In this document: in pieces, positions 1-7,903 of the stretch
Position numbering within the stretch: the stretch's first letter is position 1
How the letters are laid out: every line of letters begins with the position of its first letter
IMG/VR virus record: IMGVR_UViG_3300045988_090449
From: a virus
DNA: 37,757 nucleotides
Direction: 5' to 3' (one strand)
Program-made: the position numbers and the translations under genes
Notes under the pieces: model-generated
The model's database searches: none
What the model was told of the DNA's origin: nothing
What the model saw: the letters and a program-made list of their open reading frames with translations, nothing else

Positions 1-141
1 AGCCATATAAAACAACTGTTATTAAAAATAAACAAAAAAATATTTTTAAGCATAGTTGTTCTTATGCAAGTCTTGTGCCTATTATTCATAGACCTGATGC
101 GGTAAGACCTTTTGGTAGAAGTAGGATCACAAAAGCTTGTG
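1..141. repeat. Terminal overlap copy 1 (identical to 37617..37757)
   Basis: Base-by-base comparison shows 141/141 identity. It lies inside the portal reading frame, so it is an assembly/circularisation overlap rather than a biological terminal repeat. Confidence 0.95.
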
Positions 142-755
142 AGTATCATCAAACTTATGCTAAAAGAACTCTTGTGAGATCAGATATAACTGCTGAATTC
201 TATTCATTCCCACAAAAATACATTTTAGGAATGAGTTCAGAAGCTGAGCAATGGGATAACTGGAAGGCGACTATATCTAGTATGTTAAGAATTGATAAGG
301 ACAGTGATGGTGATAAGCCGGTTGTTGGTCAATTCACAACACCAAGTATGAGTCCATTTACTGAACAGTTAAGAACTGCTGCAGCAGGTTTTGCTGGAGA
401 GTCTGGTTTGACTTTGGACGATTTGGGATTTGTTTCTGATAATCCAAGCTCTAGCGATGCTATTAAAGCAAGTCATGAGACTTTAAGAGTTATGGGTAAA
501 AAAGCTCAGCGATGTTTTAGTAGTGGTTTTTTAAATGTTGGATATGTTGCTAGTAGTATGAGGGATGAATTCGATTATGAGAGAAGTCAATTCTACAAAG
601 CTACAGTAAAATGGGATCCTGTATTTGAATCCGATGCATCTACTTTGAATTTGGTCGGTGACGGATTGATTAAATTAAACCAAGCTATTCCAGGATTTGC
701 AGATAGTGAGACTGTTAGAAAACTTACAGGATTAGAGGGAAAAGATAATGGATAA
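1..755 (+). CDS. Portal protein, C-terminal part (continuation of 37082..37757)
   Basis: In-frame continuation (codons start at position 3). The motif HRPDAVRPFGRSRIT is typical of SPP1 gp6-type portals. Lies immediately upstream of the MuF-like gene. Confidence 0.85.
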   Translation, partial: PYKTTVIKNKQKNIFKHSCSYASLVPIIHRPDAVRPFGRSRITKACEYHQTYAKRTLVRSDITAEFYSFPQKYILGMSSEAEQWDNWKATISSMLRIDKDSDGDKPVVGQFTTPSMSPFTEQLRTAAAGFAGESGLTLDDLGFVSDNPSSSDAIKASHETLRVMGKKAQRCFSSGFLNVGYVASSMRDEFDYERSQFYKATVKWDPVFESDASTLNLVGDGLIKLNQAIPGFADSETVRKLTGLEGKDNG

Positions 756-1983
756 GGATATAGTCCCTGATTTGTTAGATTTGATTGAAAAATCATTTCA
801 GAATAAATTTAAAAAAGATGAAAAGATAAAAAAACTTGAAACTCTTTTATTCGAAAAGAAAAGTAATCATATGAGCTCTAATGAATACGCTATGAGGTTA
901 GGTGATATTTTATCTGAGTGTTATCTGGAAAATATATCAGAAGGGATACTTCCTAATGATACTATGTATTATAATATTGCTAAGCGAATAATAGAGCCTA
1001 CATTGAGAAAAAACTATGAATTGGTATCAACGTATGCCTCAGACACTCAAACGAGTTTAAACAGGCAAGCTGGCTTAAATATTAAGGGTTTAAAACCAGA
1101 GATTAATCAAGACAGAATTGACGGTATTATAAACAGAGTTAGCGAGGACAAATTTGACAAAACAAAATGGGTGTTAAAAGAACCTATAGCAAATTTCACT
1201 CAAGCTGTTGTTGATGATACAGTTAAAACTAATGCAGAATTTCATAGTAATTTGGGTCTATCTCCAAAAATTGTAAGAAAAGAACACGGAAATTGCTGCG
1301 ATTGGTGTAAAAAGCTAGTTGGATCACATGAATATTATGATGTTAGCAATTCTGGAAATGATGTGTTCAGACGTCATAGGCATTGTAGATGCACTGTGGA
1401 GTATGTTCCGGATAAAAAAAGTAGACAAAACGTGCATACTAAAAGAAAGCGTAATTCTAATTTTAGTAACCAAAGAATTAAAAAAGCACAAGAATTACAG
1501 GATATCAGAGCGTTAAACAGACACGAGGATTCATTGCAGTACAAACAATATATTTCTGTGTTAGGAAAAGATAAAATGCCCAAATCTTTAAGCGCATTTC
1601 AAAAACTGAAATATGAAAATATCGAAGAATATGAGAAACTAAAAGACCATGTGTTTATTCAAAATAATTTCAATAAAGGTATATGGAAAGATAAGGTTAA
1701 TTTTGATAAACAGAAAAGGCATATGCAATCAACTGCTGGGGGAAATAAAAGTTATTTTTATGATGACATAGATATAGAAAAGTTGTATAATGAGTATAAG
1801 ATGACAGGTTATATTGAAAAAGACAGAAACGGCAAGAGAAAAAGTACAGAAAAAATTACGTTAAATGAAAAAAAAGAATTAGGGATAGATTTTTATACCA
1901 AGCGATCAATAAATGCTATGACTATACATTATGGCAAAACAGGTGTTCACTTAGTTCCTACATTTTTTGATACAGGAGAATAA
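748..1983 (+). CDS. Minor head / head morphogenesis protein (SPP1 gp7 / Mu F-like) with a ~190-aa C-terminal extension resembling MuF-linked polymorphic toxin modules
   Basis: CCDWC...HRHCRC Cys/His motif (aa 183-215) is typical of gp7/MuF proteins. Position is directly after the portal gene. The C-terminus carries KQKRH ... IHYGKTGVHLVP (aa 321-404). Confidence 0.8.
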   Translation: MDKDIVPDLLDLIEKSFQNKFKKDEKIKKLETLLFEKKSNHMSSNEYAMRLGDILSECYLENISEGILPNDTMYYNIAKRIIEPTLRKNYELVSTYASDTQTSLNRQAGLNIKGLKPEINQDRIDGIINRVSEDKFDKTKWVLKEPIANFTQAVVDDTVKTNAEFHSNLGLSPKIVRKEHGNCCDWCKKLVGSHEYYDVSNSGNDVFRRHRHCRCTVEYVPDKKSRQNVHTKRKRNSNFSNQRIKKAQELQDIRALNRHEDSLQYKQYISVLGKDKMPKSLSAFQKLKYENIEEYEKLKDHVFIQNNFNKGIWKDKVNFDKQKRHMQSTAGGNKSYFYDDIDIEKLYNEYKMTGYIEKDRNGKRKSTEKITLNEKKELGIDFYTKRSINAMTIHYGKTGVHLVPTFFDTGE

Positions 1984-1985
1984 AT

Positions 1986-2174
1986 ATGTTACAAAAATAC
2001 AATAATAAATTAGTTAAAATAACAGATATAGATAATCAGATGTTTTCCGGAAGGTGTCTATATGAAAATAGAGAAGACTTTGAAGAGGAATTTGATGGAT
2101 TATCAGTAAAAACAGATAGTGGTTGGATTAAACTACTTGAAAATGAAATCAAATCGATAGAAATATTAGACTAA
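1986..2174 (+). CDS. Small acidic protein (62 aa), candidate immunity protein for the MuF C-terminal domain
   Basis: AGGAGA Shine-Dalgarno 7 nt upstream of the ATG. Starts 2 nt after the MuF stop. Acidic, with no TM segment. The function is inferred from position only. Confidence 0.4.
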   Translation: MLQKYNNKLVKITDIDNQMFSGRCLYENREDFEEEFDGLSVKTDSGWIKLLENEIKSIEILD

Positions 2175-2177
2175 TTA

Positions 2178-2223
2178 AGCACACTAACTAATTACGACTG
2201 TAATAGATTAGAGGTGCTTTTTT
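2178..2223 (+). terminator. Candidate intrinsic terminator (long imperfect stem AGCAC...GTGCT followed by T6)
   Basis: 5-bp GC-containing outer stem with interrupted inner pairing, followed by TTTTTT. The structure is imperfect. Confidence 0.3.
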
Positions 2224-2246
2224 AGTGCAAAAATTTAGGAGGGGTA

Positions 2247-3644
2247 ATGACAAGACTTGGTAATCAAAATCCAACAACAGCTGTTTTATTGCCCTACGAA
2301 AAAACATACGGAGATTGTGCCATTGAATGGTACGAAAAATCTGGGAGAAAGGCTCAGCAATGGCAGAAAAACTTAATTAATCATATATTGGCTATTAATG
2401 ATGATGGCTTATGGACTCATACAAAATTTGGTTTTTCTCTTCCACGTCGTAATGGTAAAAATGAGGTTGTTCTTATTCGTGAGTTATATGGTCTCTTAAA
2501 AGGTGAGGAAATGCTCCATACAGCACATAGAACTAATACATCACATACCGCTTGGGAGAGAATTATTAAAGTGCTGGAGTCTATGGGTTATGTCAATGAT
2601 GAAAATTTTACAACTTTAAAAGCTAAAGGAAATGAAGAGATAAGATTTGTTGACGGCGGTGTTTTAAAGTTTAGAACAAGAACATCAACAGGTGGTCTTG
2701 GTGAAGGATATGATCTACTTGTTATTGATGAGGCTCAAGAATACACCGATGACCAACAATCTGCTCTTAAATACGTGGTTACTTCTAGTAAAAATCCACA
2801 GACGGTGTTTATAGGAACACCACCAACTACAGTATCAGCCGGTACTGTTTTTTTAAATATGAGAAACAATGCTATCGATGGTGGTAGTAAAAACACAGGC
2901 TGGGCTGAGTGGGGAATTAATGAAGAATCAGATGTTAACGACGTAGAGCTTTGGTATAAGACAAATCCATCACTTGGTACGATATTTACTGAAAGAAGTA
3001 TTGAGGATGAAATTGGTACGGATGATTTAGACTTTAATATTCAGCGTTTAGGTTTATGGATTAGATATAACCAAAAATCAGCAATTACTCAAAAAGACTG
3101 GGATTCTGTTATGGCTCCAAGTTTACCTGTTCTTACTGGTAAGATTAATGTCGGAATTAAGTATGGTAATGATGGCAAAAATGTAGCTATGGCTATTGCT
3201 ATAAAGACATTATCGGGTAAAATCTTCGTTGAAGCTATTGATTGTAGGAGCATTCGTATCGGCAATGGTTGGATTATTAATTTTTTAAGACAAATCGATT
3301 ATGAAAATGTCGTTATAGATGGTGCTAGTGGACAAGAGATTTTGAAAAAGGAAATGGATAGTTTCAAGCTTATTAAACCTATTTTGCCTACGGTTTCAGA
3401 GATTATTGTTGCAAACTCAAAATGGGAGCAAGCAATATTTACAAAAACAATATTGCACAAGGATCAAGCTAGTTTAACTGATGTTGTGACTAATTGTTTG
3501 AAGAGAAATATTGGTAGTCATGGCGGATTTGGGTATAAGTCGCAGTTTGAAGAAAATGATATTTCCTTAATGGATGCGTGTATTTTAGCACATTGGATAT
3601 GTAGTGAAAAAACAGAAAAGAAAAAACAGAAAGTTTGGTGTTAG
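2247..3644 (+). CDS. terL: Terminase large subunit
   Basis: Walker A-like PRRNGKNE and Walker B LLVIDEAQE. C-terminal nuclease-type region (ISLMDACILAHW). GGAGGGG SD upstream of the start. Confidence 0.8.
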   Translation: MTRLGNQNPTTAVLLPYEKTYGDCAIEWYEKSGRKAQQWQKNLINHILAINDDGLWTHTKFGFSLPRRNGKNEVVLIRELYGLLKGEEMLHTAHRTNTSHTAWERIIKVLESMGYVNDENFTTLKAKGNEEIRFVDGGVLKFRTRTSTGGLGEGYDLLVIDEAQEYTDDQQSALKYVVTSSKNPQTVFIGTPPTTVSAGTVFLNMRNNAIDGGSKNTGWAEWGINEESDVNDVELWYKTNPSLGTIFTERSIEDEIGTDDLDFNIQRLGLWIRYNQKSAITQKDWDSVMAPSLPVLTGKINVGIKYGNDGKNVAMAIAIKTLSGKIFVEAIDCRSIRIGNGWIINFLRQIDYENVVIDGASGQEILKKEMDSFKLIKPILPTVSEIIVANSKWEQAIFTKTILHKDQASLTDVVTNCLKRNIGSHGGFGYKSQFEENDISLMDACILAHWICSEKTEKKKQKVWC

Positions 3645-3670
3645 TAGTCTACTATTGTAGGCTATTTTTT
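3645..3670 (+). terminator. Rho-independent terminator after terL
   Basis: TAGTCTAC-TATT-GTAGGCTA forms an 8-bp stem (one G.U pair) followed by TTTTTT. Confidence 0.6.
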
Positions 3671-3721
3671 AATACAAATTTCCTCGTAAGAGAGGCTAAA
3701 TCGAGAAAGGAGAATTGGATA

Positions 3722-4195
3722 ATGGGAGAATTTAAACCTATTACAACTCAAGAAGAGTTTAATTCTGCAATTGCAGAAAGACTCAACAGACAAAAAGAAA
3801 GCATTTTGAAAGATTATAGTGACTATGATGATTTAAAAAAAGAAAATGAGTCACTAAAGCATGAGTTATCAGATACTAAGTCTGTATTAGAAAAAAACAA
3901 ACTAAATTCTGATGAGTTCAACTCAAGGATTGAAGAATTACAAGGAAAGATTAATTCTTACGAACTAAAGAATTTAAAAACGGACATAGCCTTAAAAAAT
4001 GGCATTCCATACGAGTTGGCCGGTAGACTTGTAGGAGATACAGAAGAGGATTTGATGGAAGATGCAAAAAATTTATCAAATATGCTAGTAAGAAATGAAC
4101 CTGTAGCGCCACTTGCAAGTGTGGAACCTATAATCGATGATGAGGATTCAGCTTACAGGAATTTAGTTAGAAATTTAGATTTACAAGGAGAGTAA
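3722..4195 (+). CDS. Capsid scaffolding protein (DUF4355-like)
   Basis: ATG at 3722 with AAAGGAGAA SD; the ORF-track start at 3635 is an upstream extension. Charged coiled-coil protein directly upstream of the major capsid gene. Confidence 0.7.
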   Translation: MGEFKPITTQEEFNSAIAERLNRQKESILKDYSDYDDLKKENESLKHELSDTKSVLEKNKLNSDEFNSRIEELQGKINSYELKNLKTDIALKNGIPYELAGRLVGDTEEDLMEDAKNLSNMLVRNEPVAPLASVEPIIDDEDSAYRNLVRNLDLQGE

Positions 4196-4196
4196 A

Positions 4197-5087
4197 ATGG
4201 GAAAAACAGAATTACAAAGAGGAGAATTATTCCAACCACAATTAGTAAAAGATTTAATCAATAAGGTTAAGGGAAAATCGTCAATTGCACAAGTTTCAGG
4301 TCAAACTCCAATTCCATTTAATGGATTGAAAGAATTTACTTTCACTATGGATAATGAGATTGATGTTGTAGCTGAAAATGGAAGGAAATCACACGGTGGT
4401 ATATCTTTAGATTCTATAAAGATTGTTCCAATTAAGGTTGAATATGGTGCTAGAATTACAGATGAGTTCATGTATGCATCAGAAGAAGAAAGAATCAATA
4501 TATTAAAGGCATTTAATGATGGATTCGCAAAAAAACTTGCTAAGGGTTTGGATTTAATGGCTATGCACGGTATTAATCCTAGAACTGGACAAGCTTCTAC
4601 TGTTATTGGGGCAAATCACTTTGATGCAGCAGTAAGCCAAAAAGTTGTATATGATGAGGCAAATGTTGAGGATAATATCGAAACTGCTATTGGGTTAGTT
4701 CAAGGTAGTGAAGCTGATGTGTCAGCAATGATTGTTGCTCCACAAGTAACTACTGCATTATCAAAAATAAAAGTAAATGGTGTTAGACAATATCCTGAAT
4801 TGCGTTTCGGAGCAAATCCTGGCAACTTGAATGGGTTAAAAATTGACATTAATAAGACTGTTAATTCTAAACCATCAAAAGATGTTGCAATCCTAGGAGA
4901 CTTTGCTGGATCATTTAAATGGGGTTATTCAAAACAAATTCCACTTGAAGTTATTCAATATGGTGATCCAGATAACTCAGGTCGTGACTTAAAAGGATAT
5001 AACCAAGTTTATTTAAGAGCTGAAACTTATTTAGGATGGGGAATCTTAGATGCTTCTGCATTTTCTAGAATTGAGGCTGCTGAATAA
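4197..5087 (+). CDS. Major capsid protein (HK97-fold type)
   Basis: 296 aa. Position after the scaffold gene. N-terminal LFQPQLVKDLINKV and overall composition are typical of Firmicutes siphovirus major capsid proteins. Confidence 0.75.
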   Translation: MGKTELQRGELFQPQLVKDLINKVKGKSSIAQVSGQTPIPFNGLKEFTFTMDNEIDVVAENGRKSHGGISLDSIKIVPIKVEYGARITDEFMYASEEERINILKAFNDGFAKKLAKGLDLMAMHGINPRTGQASTVIGANHFDAAVSQKVVYDEANVEDNIETAIGLVQGSEADVSAMIVAPQVTTALSKIKVNGVRQYPELRFGANPGNLNGLKIDINKTVNSKPSKDVAILGDFAGSFKWGYSKQIPLEVIQYGDPDNSGRDLKGYNQVYLRAETYLGWGILDASAFSRIEAAE

Positions 5088-5359
5088 TGATATTAATTAA
5101 CACTAAAACAGGAGGAGTGTTAAGCTCCTCTTCTGTTGCTATGGGAGGATTTTGGGTAGAAAAAGGAAAAGAAATCACTCAAGAAAAGAATGAAGAAATG
5201 ATTGAAACAAAATCTGACCAAACAGAAAATCAAACAGAAAATCAAGATGATAAATCGACGATTACAAAAAAAGATATCATGCAGGAGCTAGATGCACTTA
5301 AGATTGAATACGACTCTAAGATGACAAAAGATGAGTTATTAAAATTACTTCAAGGGTAA
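5087..5359 (+). CDS. Small head-associated protein with C-terminal HeH/Rho-N-like motif
   Basis: The motif TKKDIMQELDALKIEYDSKMTKDELLKLL resembles HeH/SAP-like helix-extended-helix modules that are common after capsid genes. Confidence 0.45.
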   Translation: MILINTKTGGVLSSSSVAMGGFWVEKGKEITQEKNEEMIETKSDQTENQTENQDDKSTITKKDIMQELDALKIEYDSKMTKDELLKLLQG

Positions 5360-5363
5360 TATT

Positions 5364-5798
5364 ATGAAAGAATTTGCAACTGTAGAAGATGTAATGCTTT
5401 TATGGAGACCGCTGCAAGATGAAGAAATGGATAGGTGCAAGGCCCTTTTAAAAACGGTGAGTGATATGCTAAGGTTAGAGGCAGAAAAAATGCAAATCGA
5501 TTTGGATAAGAAAGCCGAAAATGAAGTATATTTAAGCGTTTTAAAATCAGTTGTTACTGATATTGTGTCAAGGACTATGATGACTGCTACTGATGGAGAA
5601 CCTTTGAGTCAGTTTTCTCAGTCTGCACTTGGATATACTGTCAGTGGTACTTATCTTACACCTGGTGGAGGTATTTTCATAAAAAATAGCGAGCTTCAAA
5701 GGTTAGGATTGAAACGTCAGAGATATGGGGTGATTGATTTTTATGAAACTGAAAGGAATACCGGTTACTTTGGTGAATCTGGTGAAGACTGGGACTGA
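5364..5798 (+). CDS. Head-tail connector (gp6/gp15-like adaptor)
   Basis: Size and position. N-terminal ATVEDVMLLWRPL...EEMDRCKALL matches the pattern of gp6-like connectors. Confidence 0.55.
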   Translation: MKEFATVEDVMLLWRPLQDEEMDRCKALLKTVSDMLRLEAEKMQIDLDKKAENEVYLSVLKSVVTDIVSRTMMTATDGEPLSQFSQSALGYTVSGTYLTPGGGIFIKNSELQRLGLKRQRYGVIDFYETERNTGYFGESGEDWD

Positions 5799-6078
5799 TC
5801 CTTTTGGAGCAGATGTTGTAACTGAAAAGGCGACTGTTGTTGATAATGTTCTTGTGGCTCCATTAAATAGTGATGAGTTAGTAAATGAATTGAATTTAAC
5901 TGGTAGACGAATTTCATATATTCTTGGTATTCCAAAAGGGGATTCTCACAATTGGGAGAATGCTATTGTTGAGTTTTTCGATGATAGATTCAAGACTGTT
6001 GGAAGTCCTACTCAGGGAATTGAGGATATGATTCCACTTCAATGGAATAAAAAGGTTAAGGTGGAGCGTATTGAATAA
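5743..6078 (+). CDS. Head closure / head-tail joining protein
   Basis: ATG at 5743 (the track start at 5734 is TTG). Overlaps the upstream gene by 56 nt. Position is in the neck gene cluster. Confidence 0.5.
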   Translation: MKLKGIPVTLVNLVKTGTDPFGADVVTEKATVVDNVLVAPLNSDELVNELNLTGRRISYILGIPKGDSHNWENAIVEFFDDRFKTVGSPTQGIEDMIPLQWNKKVKVERIE

Positions 6079-6307
6079 GTTTCGTTTTAGATTAAATAAA
6101 AAAGGAGTATCTCAATTACTTCATTCTGATGAGATGAAAAATATTCTTGAAGAAAGAGCTGCGGTTGTCAAAAACCGTTGTGGTGATGGTTATGCATCCG
6201 ATGTTGTAGATGAGAAAACAAGAGCATTTGTAAGTGTATATGCTAGTAGTTCTAAAGCAAGGCAAGAGAATATCAAGAATAATACTTTGTTAAAGGCTTT
6301 AAAATGA
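6071..6307 (+). CDS. Neck / head-tail joining protein (small)
   Basis: TTG start with AAGGTGGAG SD. Gene-order context only. Confidence 0.4.
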   Translation: MNKFRFRLNKKGVSQLLHSDEMKNILEERAAVVKNRCGDGYASDVVDEKTRAFVSVYASSSKARQENIKNNTLLKALK

Positions 6308-6642
6308 TTGAAATAACGATTAAAAAATATTTGGAAGAAAAAATGAAGAAAACTGTGTTGTTGGAGCATAAAGAAAATGAACCGGCACAGTTTTTTTTAA
6401 TTCAAAAACTTGGCGGAGGTTTTCGTGATGGAATAAGCAATGCAAGCTTTGCAATTCAAAGTTATGCTAACAGCAAATATGAGTGCGCTGTTATGAATGA
6501 TGATTTGAAAAAGGCGATGCTATCTGCAATTGAGCTTAAAGATGTATCAAGTGTAAGGCTTGATAGTGATTACGATTATACTGACGTACAAGAGAAAAAA
6601 CACAGATATCAAGCTGTGTATGATATCTATTATAAAGATTAA
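6304..6642 (+). CDS. Tail completion / tail terminator-like protein
   Basis: ATGA start/stop overlap with the upstream gene. Position is immediately before the major tail gene. Confidence 0.45.
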   Translation: MIEITIKKYLEEKMKKTVLLEHKENEPAQFFLIQKLGGGFRDGISNASFAIQSYANSKYECAVMNDDLKKAMLSAIELKDVSSVRLDSDYDYTDVQEKKHRYQAVYDIYYKD

Positions 6643-6653
6643 AGGAGGATTGT

Positions 6654-7223
6654 ATGGCTAATTCTAGTAATGTTTCTGCTGCAAAACCAAGAGTTGAGGG
6701 GGCTATTTGGGTGGCACCGACTGGAACTGAACTTCCAAACGATGCTAATACTAAATTAAATGTTGCTTTTAAGGAACTTGGATTTGTATCAGAAGATGGA
6801 ATGATTAATGCTGACAACTTAGATAGTGAAGATATTAAAGAATGGGGCGGTCAAACTGTATTAAAGATTTCTACAGAAAAGACAGATGATTTTACATTTA
6901 AACTAATTGAATCGTTAAATGTAGAGGTGTTGAAGTTTGTCTATGGTGATAAGAATGTTACAGGTACTGTCGAAACTGGAATCAAAGTGAAATCAACTGC
7001 AGATTTTAGGGAACCTAGAGCTGTTGTGGTGGATATGATTATGAATGGTGGATATTTGAAAAGACTTGTAATTCCTAAAGGGCAATTATCAAATTTATCA
7101 GATATTGAATATGTAAATAATGATTCTATAGGCTACGAAGTTACGGTGTCTGCTTTATCTTACACAGAGGGCAAGGAACAATATAACCACATTGAATATA
7201 TTTCTAAGCCATCAGAAGTGTAG
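6654..7223 (+). CDS. Major tail protein
   Basis: 189 aa. GGAGG SD. N-terminus ANSSNVSAAKPRVEGAIWVAPTGTELP is typical of phi13-type major tail proteins. Followed by the G/GT chaperone pair. Confidence 0.75.
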   Translation: MANSSNVSAAKPRVEGAIWVAPTGTELPNDANTKLNVAFKELGFVSEDGMINADNLDSEDIKEWGGQTVLKISTEKTDDFTFKLIESLNVEVLKFVYGDKNVTGTVETGIKVKSTADFREPRAVVVDMIMNGGYLKRLVIPKGQLSNLSDIEYVNNDSIGYEVTVSALSYTEGKEQYNHIEYISKPSEV

Positions 7224-7232
7224 GAGGCATGA

Positions 7233-7511
7233 ATGACTAACAAAAATAATTATATTAAAGGGATCACTAAAAGTGGTTTCAGATTTGCGATTGATAAGGA
7301 TAGATTAGAAAACTATGAGTTATTTGAACTTATAGCAGAAAATGAATCTAACCCAATGGTTATGCCAAAGATTTTGGTGTTGCTTTTAGGAGAAAAACAA
7401 AAAAATAATTTGCTTGATTTTCTTCGTGATAAAAAGGGCCTAGTCAATGTTAAAAGAGTAGAGGAAGAATTGACTTCTATTTTTGAACAAGTAAAACCTA
7501 TAAAAAACTAA
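7233..7511 (+). CDS. Tail assembly chaperone (gpG-like)
   Basis: 92 aa, between the major tail and tape measure genes. Ends in the slippery heptamer. Confidence 0.75.
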   Translation: MTNKNNYIKGITKSGFRFAIDKDRLENYELFELIAENESNPMVMPKILVLLLGEKQKNNLLDFLRDKKGLVNVKRVEEELTSIFEQVKPIKN

Positions 7512-7903
7512 TATTCCTCGCTAGTGTGGTAAACAAATGTGAAGATGAATTGATTTGTGATTTGGCTGAATACTATCACATTTACAATTACAAGAAGATT
7601 CCTTTATCGACTGTTGCGGTACTAACAAGAGGACTTAGAGAGGATAGCCGAGTAATGATGTGTATGGGTGGTGAAAAGGGAGATTTCAAAACAAAACTTT
7701 TTGCTCTTATGACTGATTACTTGGCTTTTATTACTTGGTCCAAGACTAAAGATGCGCAAAAAGGAATTAATGCTCCAAAATCGATATTTGATTCTGTTTT
7801 TGCTAAGAAAATGGATGACGATGTCAAAGCGTACTACACTGGTGAGGAGTTTTTAAAAGCAAGAGAAAAGATATTAAAGGCAGGTGAGACAAATGGCAAC
7901 TGA
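7233..7903 (+). CDS. Tail assembly chaperone G-T fusion produced by -1 programmed frameshift at 7502..7508
   Basis: A_AAA_AAC is in the correct zero frame (AAA 7503-5, AAC 7506-8, then stop TAA). The -1 frame from 7508 is open and runs in frame into ORF 7526..7903. That ORF has no good independent start. Confidence 0.75.
7502..7508 (+). promoter_or_regulatory. -1 ribosomal frameshift slippery heptamer A_AAA_AAC
   Basis: Seen directly. This is the canonical X_XXY_YYZ pattern, 1 codon before the gpG stop. Confidence 0.75.

Noticed and set aside
1-141. Terminal repeat as a biological direct terminal repeat or LTR-like end
   Set aside because: The repeat lies entirely inside the portal coding frame, which is continuous across the junction. 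It is an assembly overlap of a circular path.
1319-1583. Overlapping short ORFs (1319..1516 plus strand, 1374..1583 minus strand) inside the MuF gene
   Set aside because: These are alternative-frame or antisense readings inside a strongly supported CDS. They have no start signals or recognisable motifs.
3635-3721. N-terminal extensions proposed by the ORF track for several genes
   Set aside because: The affected track starts are 3635 for the scaffold, 33643 for VRR-NUC, 26512 for the Zn-ribbon protein, 36618 for HNH, 7884 for the tape measure and 5734 for the neck protein. In each case an internal ATG has a good Shine-Dalgarno at proper spacing: 3722, 33700, 26587, 36642, 7893 and 5743 respectively. 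The extensions run through terminators, iterons or upstream genes and encode implausible hydrophobic or low-complexity leaders.
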